From Candidatus Helarchaeota ASGARD archaeon Hel_GB_B (GTDB lineage Archaea; Asgardarchaeota; Lokiarchaeia; Helarchaeales; HEL-GB-B), in contig SUPR01000024.1 of assembly GCA_005191425.1 (NCBI GenBank), positions 1 through 32,000 of the forward strand: DNA of 32,000 nt, read 5' to 3'. A program made the translations under genes and the position numbers. The notes under the pieces are model-generated. The model ran no database searches. It was not told the origin of the DNA and saw nothing but the letters and a program-made list of their open reading frames with translations. Shown here piece by piece: positions 19,629-28,287 of this stretch (position 1 is its first letter; every line of letters starts with the position of its first letter).

Positions 19629-20237
19629 ATGAGCTATGACGAAGACGAAATAAGGAAAGAATTTTTCACCGAAGAGCAGAAAGAAATGATATTGAAGAAA
19701 TGGGAATCAAATAGAATGTTAAGACCAAAAATATCGAAAGTAACAGTCAATATAGCGGTCGGGACGAGTGGAGAAAAATTAAAAAATGCAATGACTGTAC
19801 TAGAATCAATTAGTGGACAAAAGCCGGTTCAATGTACTGCAAAGAAAACTATTAGAGATTTTCATATCAGAAAAAATGAACCGATCGCAACAAAAGTAAC
19901 ACTTCGGGGTAAAAAAGCGGAAAGATTTCTTGAAAAAGCTTTTGATGTTATGGACTTTAAATTAAAATATTCATCCTTTGACAAATTTGGAAATGTATCT
20001 TTCGGAATAAAAGAACATATAGAACTCCCTGAAACAGAATATGACCCAAATTTAGGGATTTTTGGAATGGATATTAATATTTCAATTGAGAGACCTGGTT
20101 CAAGAATAAAGAATAGATATAGATTGAAGTCCAAGATCTCTCATAAACATAATATGAACATTTTAGAAAGTATGATATTTTTGAATACAAAGTTTAATAT
20201 CAAAATTGTTGAAAAATATCTAATTCATTATTATTAA
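19629..20237 (+). CDS. rpl5: 50S ribosomal protein uL5
   Basis: KVTVNIAVG.SGE, GQKPV, KVTLRG, FDKFGNVSFGIKEHI, YDPNLGIFGMDI. Confidence 0.97.
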   Translation: MSYDEDEIRKEFFTEEQKEMILKKWESNRMLRPKISKVTVNIAVGTSGEKLKNAMTVLESISGQKPVQCTAKKTIRDFHIRKNEPIATKVTLRGKKAERFLEKAFDVMDFKLKYSSFDKFGNVSFGIKEHIELPETEYDPNLGIFGMDINISIERPGSRIKNRYRLKSKISHKHNMNILESMIFLNTKFNIKIVEKYLIHYY

Positions 20238-20249
20238 TTGATGGTTATT

Positions 20250-20396
20250 ATGGTTAAAAGAAAAGTTGGAAAAGGAAGTCGTGTATGCCGTAGATGTGGT
20301 TCACATAGAGGTTTAATACGACGATATAAATTAAATTATTGTAGAAGATGTTTTAGAGAAACTGCAAAAAAATTAGGTTTTAAAAAATATTCATAG
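20250..20396 (+). CDS. rps14: 30S ribosomal protein uS14 (zinc-binding type); not in the ORF track
   Basis: Manual translation [48 protein letters not shown], with CxxC...CxxC. Alternative ATG at 20241. Confidence 0.97.
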   Translation: MVKRKVGKGSRVCRRCGSHRGLIRRYKLNYCRRCFRETAKKLGFKKYS

Positions 20397-20405
20397 ATGG
20401 TTATT

Positions 20406-20798
20406 ATGACATTAATGGACCCTTTAGCTAATGCATTAACAAATATATTAAACCACGAAAGAATAGGTAAAAACGAAGTATTACTTCGACCTGCTTCAAA
20501 AATGATTTCGGCTACCCTTCGCTTAATCCAAAAAGCAGGTTATATCGGTGAGTTCGAATACATAGATGATGGAAGGTCTGGACAATTTAAAGTTCAATTA
20601 TTAGGTAGAATTAATAAAACAGGTGTAATAAAACCAAGATATCCCGTTAAAAAAGATGAATTTCAGAAATGGGCAAACTTATATCTTCCTGCCTACAATT
20701 TTGGTTTATTAATTGTATCTACATCCGAAGGTCTAATGACACACAATGAAGCTATTGAAAAAGGAATTGGAGGAAGACTAATCGCATACATTTATTAA
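20406..20798 (+). CDS. rps8: 30S ribosomal protein uS8
   Basis: [50 protein letters not shown] 20406 preferred over 20397. Confidence 0.98.
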   Translation: MTLMDPLANALTNILNHERIGKNEVLLRPASKMISATLRLIQKAGYIGEFEYIDDGRSGQFKVQLLGRINKTGVIKPRYPVKKDEFQKWANLYLPAYNFGLLIVSTSEGLMTHNEAIEKGIGGRLIAYIY

Positions 20799-20817
20799 GA
20801 TTGATTGGTGTAAAAAA

Positions 20818-21387
20818 ATGAGCGAAGCTTATGAAAAAAGCATAAATATCACGGATAATGTCTCTGTGGAAGTCAAAAATAAGATAGTAAAAGTAAAAGG
20901 ACCCCATGCAGAGTTGACAAGAGATTTTAATCATGCCATGCGAGTAGAACTAAAAATAGATGGAAATTCAATATTAATTCGCGGTGATAATTCAAGAAAA
21001 AAGATAAAAGCATTAGTAGGGACTATATATTCTCATATTAATAATATGATAAAAGGGTCATTAGGTGATTTTAAGGTCATATTAAAAATTGTTTATGCAC
21101 ATTTTCCAATTAACGTTAAAGTCGAAAAAAATTTGATTTTCATTGAAAATTTTTTAGGTGAACGAAGACACAGAACAGCTAAAATTATTGGTAAATCCAC
21201 AAAAGTAGAAGTTGTTGGCGATGACGTAATAGTTTCAGGGCCTAATATAGAATATGTTACTCAAACTGCAGCTAATATAACTAAAGCTACAAAAATAAAA
21301 AATAAAGACCCACGAATATTTCAAGATGGTATATATAAATATAAAAAATTGTATAATGATAATATAATTTGGGAACTTAAAATTTAA
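20818..21387 (+). CDS. rpl6: 50S ribosomal protein uL6
   Basis: VKGP, LKIVYAHFPINV, ENFLGE, QTAANI, KDPRIFQDGIY. Confidence 0.98.
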   Translation: MSEAYEKSINITDNVSVEVKNKIVKVKGPHAELTRDFNHAMRVELKIDGNSILIRGDNSRKKIKALVGTIYSHINNMIKGSLGDFKVILKIVYAHFPINVKVEKNLIFIENFLGERRHRTAKIIGKSTKVEVVGDDVIVSGPNIEYVTQTAANITKATKIKNKDPRIFQDGIYKYKKLYNDNIIWELKI

Positions 21388-21398
21388 CAGTGAATAAT

Positions 21399-21851
21399 AT
21401 GAATATGAGTAGAAAAGAAAAAAAACATTATCTCAAAGTACGAAATAAAATCTCCAATAATAGGCCAAAATTCCGAAGATGTGAATCATGGAGATATAAA
21501 AGAGTTAAACCAAATTGGAGAAAATCTCGCGGCATAGATAGTATGGTTAGAAGAAAAGAAAAAGGAGTCATAAAATCTCCAAATATAGGATATAGAGGTC
21601 CAAAAAAGGTTAGAGGTTTACATTCATCTGGTTTAAAAGAAATTTTAATCCATAATGTAAAAGAATTAGATAATATTAATCCTAAACTTGAAGCTATCAG
21701 AATTGGTAGAACCGTTGGAATTCTTAAAAGAATTGCAATTTTAGATAAAGCTTATGAATTAAATATTAAAGTTTTAAATGTTGGAAAAGCCTTAATAAAA
21801 GAAGAAGAATTAATAGATTTAACTACTATTGAAGGAGAAGAAACCAGTTAA
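21399..21851 (+). CDS. rpl32e: 50S ribosomal protein eL32
   Basis: RPKFRR.ESWRYKRV..NWRKSRGIDS, PNIGY, RGLHSSG, IKVLN. Start uncertain (21390, 21399 or 21405). Confidence 0.97.
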   Translation: MNMSRKEKKHYLKVRNKISNNRPKFRRCESWRYKRVKPNWRKSRGIDSMVRRKEKGVIKSPNIGYRGPKKVRGLHSSGLKEILIHNVKELDNINPKLEAIRIGRTVGILKRIAILDKAYELNIKVLNVGKALIKEEELIDLTTIEGEETS

Positions 21852-21863
21852 AAGGTCAATAAA

Positions 21864-22313
21864 ATGAATTTAAAATCGCAACGAAGAATTGCAGCAGAAA
21901 TTTTAAAAGTAGGTATTAACCGGGTTTGGATTGACCCTGAAAGAATTGATGACGTATCACTCGCAATTACTCGAGATGATATTAGAGCATACATTAAAGA
22001 TGGTACTATAAGGCCTAAATACAAAAAAGGTATAAGCCGAAGTAGAGCTCGAATAATACACATTAAAAAGAAGATGGGTAGAAGAAGAGGACCCGGTAGC
22101 AGAAAAGGAAAAAAATATTCAATAGTATCTCGAAAAAGAAGACATATACTAAAGGTCAGACCAATCAGAAAACATATTAAAAAATTGAGGGCAAGACGTA
22201 TAATAACACCTTCAGTTTATAGGAAACTTTACCGCTGGAATGATGGTAATATGTTTCGTAATGTAGCACATGTTGATCAATTTATTAAAGATAAAAAATT
22301 AACTAGAAGATAA
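21864..22313 (+). CDS. rpl19e: 50S ribosomal protein eL19
   Basis: QRRIAAEILKVG..RVWIDP, AITRDDIR, GRRRGPGSRKG. Confidence 0.98.
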   Translation: MNLKSQRRIAAEILKVGINRVWIDPERIDDVSLAITRDDIRAYIKDGTIRPKYKKGISRSRARIIHIKKKMGRRRGPGSRKGKKYSIVSRKRRHILKVRPIRKHIKKLRARRIITPSVYRKLYRWNDGNMFRNVAHVDQFIKDKKLTRR

Positions 22314-22331
22314 ATTTTATGGAAGATTAAA

Positions 22332-22928
22332 ATGGCAAAAGGTCCGAAATATCGCGTTAGATTTAAAAGACATAGAAATGGAAAAACTAATTACTATTTA
22401 AGAAAAAGATTGATTCAATCTAATTTACCAAGAATTGTTATACGTAAATCTAATAAATATATTTTAATTCAATTAATAGAAGCTCAAATTGAAGGCGATA
22501 GAATCTTATCAAGCACAAATTCTAAAGAATTAATCAAAAAATATGACTGGGGCGGTAGTTGTAATTCAATACCTACTGCATATCTCACTGGTTATTTAGC
22601 AGGTTTGAAAATTAATGCAAGTAATAACATAGAAAAAGCAATTTTAGACCTCGGGCTCCAAAAAATAACTTATGGTTCAAAATTATTTTCTGCCCTGAAA
22701 GGGCTTGTTGATGCAGATATTAATATCCCCCATTCAGATAAAATTTTCCCCCCAGAAGAGAGAATTTCAGGGGAGCATATTCAATCAATTGCAAATTCAC
22801 TTTATGATACAGATCCAGATAGATATAAAAAACAGTTTTCCCTTTATTTGAAAAATAATTTTGACCCTAGAAATTATGTTGAATTATTTAATAAAACTTT
22901 AAAAAAGATACAAAATAGTTTTAATTAA
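22332..22928 (+). CDS. rpl18: 50S ribosomal protein uL18
   Basis: MAKGP.YRV.FKR.R.GKTNY, PRIVIRKSN, AYLTGYLAG, AILDLGL, ALKGLVDA, RISGEHI. Confidence 0.98.
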   Translation: MAKGPKYRVRFKRHRNGKTNYYLRKRLIQSNLPRIVIRKSNKYILIQLIEAQIEGDRILSSTNSKELIKKYDWGGSCNSIPTAYLTGYLAGLKINASNNIEKAILDLGLQKITYGSKLFSALKGLVDADINIPHSDKIFPPEERISGEHIQSIANSLYDTDPDRYKKQFSLYLKNNFDPRNYVELFNKTLKKIQNSFN

Positions 22929-22945
22929 GTCTAATGGTGAATAAA

Positions 22946-23578
22946 ATGGCTCAAAGAGACATTGAAGAATGGGTACCTAAAACAAGAGTAGGTAAATTGG
23001 TAAAAGAGGGTTTTATTACATCGATAAATGAATTATTTCAAAATGTGATGCCAATAAGAGAACCGCAAATTGTTGATATTTTACTTCCTAATTTAAAAGA
23101 AGAAGTATTGGATATTAATCTAGTCCAAAAACAAACAGATGCTGGAGAAAAATCTCGATTTAAAGCTACCGTTGCTGTTGGAACAGCTGGATTTCTAGGA
23201 ATTGGAGAAGCAAAAAACCTCGAAATCGGCCCAGCAATTAGACAAGCTATTATACACGCTAAATTAAATATTGCACCAATTAGAAGAGGATGCGGTAGTC
23301 ATGAATGCAAATGCGGAGGACTACATTCTCTTCCTTTTAAAGTCTCTGGAAAATGTGGGTCAGTCCGAGTTTTTTTAAAACCTGCACCACGAGGACTTGG
23401 TATCGTCGCAGCAAAAACGGTTAAAACAATATTTAAACTTGCAAAAATTGAAGATGTTTGGTCTTGGACTAAAGGACATACCAAAACTACAGTAAACTTC
23501 GCAAAAGCGACCTTTTACGCCCTAAAAAATACCTATAAAGTTATGAGTCCTGTTTGGGATTGGACAAGAAGAGAATAA
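22946..23578 (+). CDS. rps5: 30S ribosomal protein uS5
   Basis: WVPKT.VG.LV, QKQTDAGEKSRFKA, RRGCGS, PAPRGLG, G.TKTTVNFAKA. ATG 22946 after GGTGA. Confidence 0.98.
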   Translation: MAQRDIEEWVPKTRVGKLVKEGFITSINELFQNVMPIREPQIVDILLPNLKEEVLDINLVQKQTDAGEKSRFKATVAVGTAGFLGIGEAKNLEIGPAIRQAIIHAKLNIAPIRRGCGSHECKCGGLHSLPFKVSGKCGSVRVFLKPAPRGLGIVAAKTVKTIFKLAKIEDVWSWTKGHTKTTVNFAKATFYALKNTYKVMSPVWDWTRRE

Positions 23579-23636
23579 ATAGCATAAAAAACAATTTATT
23601 TTTAGATTTTTAATCTTTATTTCAATTGATTAAAAT

Positions 23637-24077
23637 TTAAAATTTCCAGTAATGGTCTATCACATTTTTTCTGGATAAATAGTTTAAAAAGAATATACCA
23701 ATGATAAATATTATTAATGGAATAGATGTTATGAATAAAAATATCCAGCCGATTTTTCTGCTCTTTTTAAAATAATAAATACCACTTAAAATGACTATTG
23801 AATAAATTAAGAATATAACACCAAGTGCTAATGATAAAGCGTTTATATTCGTATTAGACAGGCCAAACTGTGCTAAAAAAGTATTTCCATTTCCCATCAA
23901 ATTATCAAGACCAAATTGCTGGAAAATCCAACCTATCAAATTATTTATTAGGGGTGTTAGAATTTCAATAACTAAATAGCTAAACAATGAAGTGTAATTT
24001 GGAAGAGGTGATGGTATAAAGTTCAAAATAGAAATTATGAGTCCAATTATAATTATAAGAATATAAAAATAAATCAT
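23637..24077 (-). CDS. Hypothetical membrane protein (3-4 TM)
   Basis: 146-aa ORF with clear hydrophobic segments, ending IIGIFFLNYLSRKNVIDHYWKF; co-oriented with rpl30. Confidence 0.75.
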   Translation of the reverse strand: MIYFYILIIIIGLIISILNFIPSPLPNYTSLFSYLVIEILTPLINNLIGWIFQQFGLDNLMGNGNTFLAQFGLSNTNINALSLALGVIFLIYSIVILSGIYYFKKSRKIGWIFLFITSIPLIIFIIGIFFLNYLSRKNVIDHYWKF

Positions 24078-24179
24078 TAAATCAGGAAAATATCCTTTAT
24101 TATTTTGAATTTTAATCTACCGACCAAAATCATTTAATTTAAAATGAATAGGATTATCTATAATAGAAAAATATTAAAT

Positions 24180-24674
24180 TTAAATCATTTTCATTATTAA
24201 ATCATTTATTTCCGTATTTCTATTTCCGAGTACGCCTCCTGCTTTATAGTGCCTTTTAATTTTACCATGATGTCCACCTTTTGGAGGTCTTAATCGGAAA
24301 ACAGGTTTTATTTTCTGGATATCATGAATATTTATTTCGTTAGAAATTATTGCCTTAGACAAATCTTTGATGGATTGATATTCAGTGTATTTTTTCAGAT
24401 ATTGGTCAGTTAATTTTTTGCGGCCTTCCAGTCTACCTCTCTTTTTTAGTAGTAATTCCAGAGTATCTTCGTTTATTTCGCCCCATGTTGTATAATCTTT
24501 TACTTTTTGGAGCATTCCTAAATAAGATTTGCGGTCATCAATTAGTACAGCGTGGTTTATTCGGTTTAATCTTAACATCTTTAATGTGTCTTTAACTTCT
24601 TTTCTAACATTTACATTTCCGCGGATTCTTACAACTATAAGCTTTTTATTTCCTTTTTCATTAACTTGGGACAT
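24180..24674 (-). CDS. rpl30: 50S ribosomal protein uL30 (archaeal long form), inverted relative to the operon
   Basis: VVRIRG.VNV, TLKMLRL.R.NH, GMLQKVKDY.TWGEI, PVFRL.PPKGG, GGVLG.R...INDLI.KMI. ATG 24674 preferred over GTG 24683. Confidence 0.98.
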   Translation of the reverse strand: MSQVNEKGNKKLIVVRIRGNVNVRKEVKDTLKMLRLNRINHAVLIDDRKSYLGMLQKVKDYTTWGEINEDTLELLLKKRGRLEGRKKLTDQYLKKYTEYQSIKDLSKAIISNEINIHDIQKIKPVFRLRPPKGGHHGKIKRHYKAGGVLGNRNTEINDLIMKMI

Positions 24675-24936
24675 TGTGTTCACTAATTGCCTAAAATAAT
24701 TAATAATTTTAAAAATCTATATTTTGTTTTAAATTTTATGATAGTGATTAATAAAATTTTTAAACAATAAATATGCCATATTTCTGATACAATTATATTA
24801 TAAAAATTGTAAATAAAAGTTCTTTTTATTTACTATTATTTCAATTAAATTTTTTTAATTATTATTTAAATTATATTTTTAAATAATGGTTTGAGATTAT
24901 TAGATAGAATTAATCTCTTTTTAAGATGAAAAAACA

Positions 24937-25530
24937 ATGGAAAAAAGAAAAATTAAAAAAGATAAAAAAAAGAAAATATTGGATGATTCTAATCTCGAAT
25001 CAGATAAAAATAAGAAAATATTGGATGATTCTAATCTCGAATCAGATAAAAATAATAATGAGGATGATAATGAAATTAAAATTAATGAGATTAAATTTTC
25101 CAAATTGGATAATATTATAGACCAAATAATGGATAAAGAATTAGAAAACTTGGATTTTTTCAATGATAAGGAAAATACGGATAGACAGTATATTTGGGGG
25201 TTTTCATTAACCGTTACACCGGATAGTAAACCAATTATAAGAGAATTTGAGAAAAAGCGTGAGAATTTTATAAATAAAGAGGACGAAAATGTATGGGAAC
25301 CATTGATTGAAGTTATGGAACAAGATAATGGATTATTAATAATAATAGAAATACCAAATACTACTGAAGACGAGATTAAATTAACTTCATATGAAGATTA
25401 TTGTGAGTTATCAATAAATTCATCAAAAAATCTTCATAAACAAATTAATTTCCCATTTAAAGTCGACCCTAAATCTGAAAAAATGAAATATAAAAATGGT
25501 ATTCTGGAAATTTTATATTCAAAATTATAA
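24937..25530 (+). CDS. hsp20: Archaeal Hsp20 / alpha-crystallin small heat-shock protein, divergent
   Basis: YIWGFSLTVTPDSKPIIREF resembles archaeal YGFS.T.GPDGKP.IREF. EPLIEV, F.VDP.S.K.KYKNGILEI. Confidence 0.85.
   Translation: MEKRKIKKDKKKKILDDSNLESDKNKKILDDSNLESDKNNNEDDNEIKINEIKFSKLDNIIDQIMDKELENLDFFNDKENTDRQYIWGFSLTVTPDSKPIIREFEKKRENFINKEDENVWEPLIEVMEQDNGLLIIIEIPNTTEDEIKLTSYEDYCELSINSSKNLHKQINFPFKVDPKSEKMKYKNGILEILYSKL
24970..25053 (+). repeat. Perfect in-frame 42-bp tandem duplication (2 copies)
   Basis: AAGAAAATATTGGATGATTCTAATCTCGAATCAGATAAAAAT at 24970-25011 and 25012-25053; encodes KKILDDSNLESDKN twice. Confidence 0.97.
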
Positions 25531-25752
25531 TGTTGATTTAGAATTGATTGGGTTAATTGATATAATCTTTTAGAATATATTTTGTAATTAAAAATAAATA
25601 ATAAATACAAAAAAGTATTTACTTGTTTTTTAATATGATTGATAAATATTATTTACATTAAAAAACTTTATTTTATTGAGTTTAGAACAAACTTTAAAAA
25701 TCAAATTTAGAAAAAAACACACACAAATTATCTATTTTAAAAAGTGTTTCAA

Positions 25753-26205
25753 ATGGCTCAGATACGAGATGAGAAAAAGATAAAGAAAAGAAGAGGATCC
25801 CGGACTTGTGGTTACGGGACACAAGGCCAACATAGAAAAAGTGGTCAACGTGGTGGTAGAGGTAATACTGGTGGAAAAAAGCATAAATGGACATATATTG
25901 TAAAATATGATCCAGACTATTTTGGAAAAAAAGGATTTAAAAGGCCCCCAGATAAACAAATTAAAATCAAAACAATTAATGTTGGAGAAATTAACCAGTT
26001 AATAGAGAAAAACTTAATTGAAAAAGAAGAAAAATTTTTTACGTTAAACGTAGTAGAATTAGGTTTTGGAAAGGTGCTTGGAAAAGGGACTTTAAATTTT
26101 CCTGTTAAAATCACTGCCAAAAGTTTTTCAAAAAAAGCTGTTGAAAAAATAAATAATGCTGGAGGTCAAATTAATATTTTAAATGAAAATAAAATAAGTG
26201 AATAA
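25753..26205 (+). CDS. rpl15: 50S ribosomal protein uL15
   Basis: KKRRGSRTCGYG....HRKSG.RGGRGN.GG.KHKW, YFGKKGF, KVLGKG, FSKKAVEKI..AGG. ATG 25753 preferred over GTG 25744. Confidence 0.98.
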   Translation: MAQIRDEKKIKKRRGSRTCGYGTQGQHRKSGQRGGRGNTGGKKHKWTYIVKYDPDYFGKKGFKRPPDKQIKIKTINVGEINQLIEKNLIEKEEKFFTLNVVELGFGKVLGKGTLNFPVKITAKSFSKKAVEKINNAGGQINILNENKISE

Positions 26206-26271
26206 AAGAAATAAAATTAAACAATAATATTTTTCTTAATGATGATTTGAGGTTTATGGAATAGACTAAAA

Positions 26272-27900
26272 ATGACGAGTACATTCCTCCGCGCTATGAG
26301 TCCATTTTGCCGGGTCATGCCGGAAATAAAGCAACCAAATCGAGATGTATCATTTAAAGAAAAAGCTATATGGACAATTGTAGCTTTGCTTATTTATCTT
26401 GTTATGTCTAATATGACCTTAATAGGAGTAAAAGCTCAGCAGAGTGGTGTAGATTATTTTTATTGGTGGAGGGTACTTCTAGCTTCAAATAGATTTACAT
26501 TAGCAGAACTAGGAATTGGCCCCATTGTAACTGCTGGATTGATTATGCAACTGTTAGCAGGTTCCAAAATAATTAAGGTAGATTTTTCAGATCCCACAGA
26601 TCGTTCTTTATTTACTGGTGCCCAAAAAGTTTTTGCAGTTTTTTTAACTACGGTTCAAATTATTGCATATATTGGCGCAGGGGCTTATGGACCAATTGGA
26701 GGTGAAGGACTCCAACTTATGGATATAGTATTAATTTTTGTCCAATTGATGATGGCAGGAATTATAATTATCTTATTAGATGAATTATTACAAAAAGGCT
26801 GGGGACTTGGGTCAGGAGTTTCTCTTTTTATATGTGCAGGAGTTGCAAGACGGATTATCTGGCTAAGTTTTTCTCCAATTCAAGGTGGAGATGGACTAAT
26901 GTATGGTATAATAATAGCTTTTGTTCAGACAATTATTTCAATGAGTACTGGAAATGTTGGAAAATTTCAAATTTCACCAAGTGAGACAGAAAAATATTAT
27001 TTTTTAAGACCAAACGATTTCAGTTCAATTTGGATACAAAGACCAGTTGGTATTCCCTCAGATATTAATGGTATCCCAATAACTCCGGGGACTGCTGATT
27101 ACAATAATGCAATGACAGCATTAATGAATTCTCAAAAATCATCATCTGCGCCTACATTAATAGGGCTGATAACAACTATTGTAATTTTTTTGGTTGTAAT
27201 ATTTATAGAGACAGTTCGAGTAGAAATTCCACTACAATATTCGCGGTATCGTGGTTTTAAAGGAAAATATCCAATAAAATTATTATATGTATCAAATATA
27301 CCTGTTATTTTAGTCCAAGCATTATATGCTAATTTATTATTCTTTGGGCAATTATTAGGTACTCAGTTTCCTACAAATCCATGGGTACAAATATTTGCAA
27401 AATTTGACCAACAACAATTACTTCAAGGTGGGGCATTTCTTCGCCCGCAATTTCCATGTATTCTGTATTTTCTTTCACCGCCGCGGGGGCTGTATGAATT
27501 GATTTATTATCCTGGACAGTGGGTTATACATATAATAGTATATACAATTATTTTAATAATTTTATGCGTTTGGTTTTCTAAAATTTGGGTAGATGTAAGT
27601 GGAATTGCGCCTAGAGATATTTCTCAGCAGATTTTAAATTCTGGACTGATGGTACCTGGGTTCAGGAGAAACCCTAGAATCATCGAAAAAATTTTAAAGA
27701 GATACATTCCAACAGTTACAACTCTTGGTGCAATTTTGGTAGGACTAATAGCTGCTATAGCTGATTTTATGGGTGCTTTAGGTACAGGAATGGGTGTATT
27801 ATTAACAGTAGGTATTTTATATCAATATTACCAGATTCTAGCCCAAGAACAACTTGCATCTATGAACCCTGCGATGCGGAGTATTCTAGGATTGGATTAA
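26272..27900 (+). CDS. secY: Preprotein translocase SecY / Sec61-alpha, with an enlarged TM5-TM6 loop
   Basis: PFC.VMPEI..P, ELGIGPIVTAGLIMQLLAGSKII, DELLQKGWGLGSGVSLFI, YPIKLLYVSNIPVIL, RYIP, GTG.GVLL.V.I.YQYY. Confidence 0.98.
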   Translation: MTSTFLRAMSPFCRVMPEIKQPNRDVSFKEKAIWTIVALLIYLVMSNMTLIGVKAQQSGVDYFYWWRVLLASNRFTLAELGIGPIVTAGLIMQLLAGSKIIKVDFSDPTDRSLFTGAQKVFAVFLTTVQIIAYIGAGAYGPIGGEGLQLMDIVLIFVQLMMAGIIIILLDELLQKGWGLGSGVSLFICAGVARRIIWLSFSPIQGGDGLMYGIIIAFVQTIISMSTGNVGKFQISPSETEKYYFLRPNDFSSIWIQRPVGIPSDINGIPITPGTADYNNAMTALMNSQKSSSAPTLIGLITTIVIFLVVIFIETVRVEIPLQYSRYRGFKGKYPIKLLYVSNIPVILVQALYANLLFFGQLLGTQFPTNPWVQIFAKFDQQQLLQGGAFLRPQFPCILYFLSPPRGLYELIYYPGQWVIHIIVYTIILIILCVWFSKIWVDVSGIAPRDISQQILNSGLMVPGFRRNPRIIEKILKRYIPTVTTLGAILVGLIAAIADFMGALGTGMGVLLTVGILYQYYQILAQEQLASMNPAMRSILGLD

Positions 27901-27991
27901 AAAAATCAAATTTTATTTCTAAAAATAATGATGAATAAATTTTTAATATAACCATTTTATTCTATACTATAAATTTTTAAATGTGGTCTAA

Positions 27992-28261
27992 ATGCCAGAA
28001 CCGAGATATCGTTCACGATCAAAAGCAAGAAAAATAATAAAAACACCTGGAAAAAGAATAAAAATACATTATAGACGTAGAAGATATAGTACAGATAAAT
28101 GTGCAATTTGTAAAAAAGAATTACATGGTATGGCTTCAAGAGTTCCTAAAAAAAGAAGAAAATATGCAAAAACACGCAGAAGACCTAATAGAATTTATGG
28201 CGGTAATTTATGTCCCGCTTGTCTAAAGTCTGCATTAATAGAAAGTGTAAGATCGCAATGA
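27992..28261 (+). CDS. rpl34e: 50S ribosomal protein eL34
   Basis: MP.PRYRSRS, KTPG, CAIC...L.G, RPNR.YGG.LCP.C. Confidence 0.97.
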   Translation: MPEPRYRSRSKARKIIKTPGKRIKIHYRRRRYSTDKCAICKKELHGMASRVPKKRRKYAKTRRRPNRIYGGNLCPACLKSALIESVRSQ

Positions 28262-28287
28262 TAAATTCCCAGAATGGGGTTTAAATT

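Larger units (their letters stand above)
23603..24719. repeat. 11-bp inverted repeat (TAGATTTTTAA at 23603-23613; TTAAAAATCTA at 24709-24719) bracketing the two minus-strand genes
   Basis: Direct reading of the sequence. AT-rich, so possibly chance. Confidence 0.3.

Noticed and set aside
15660-21851. Acidic terminal extensions on uS3, uL5 and eL32
   Set aside because: Short acidic tails are common in archaeal ribosomal proteins
24070-24210. Several AAATCA(TT) hexamers clustered around the uL30 stop and the membrane-gene start
   Set aside because: Two copies are explained by uL30 codons; the rest are compatible with AT-rich background
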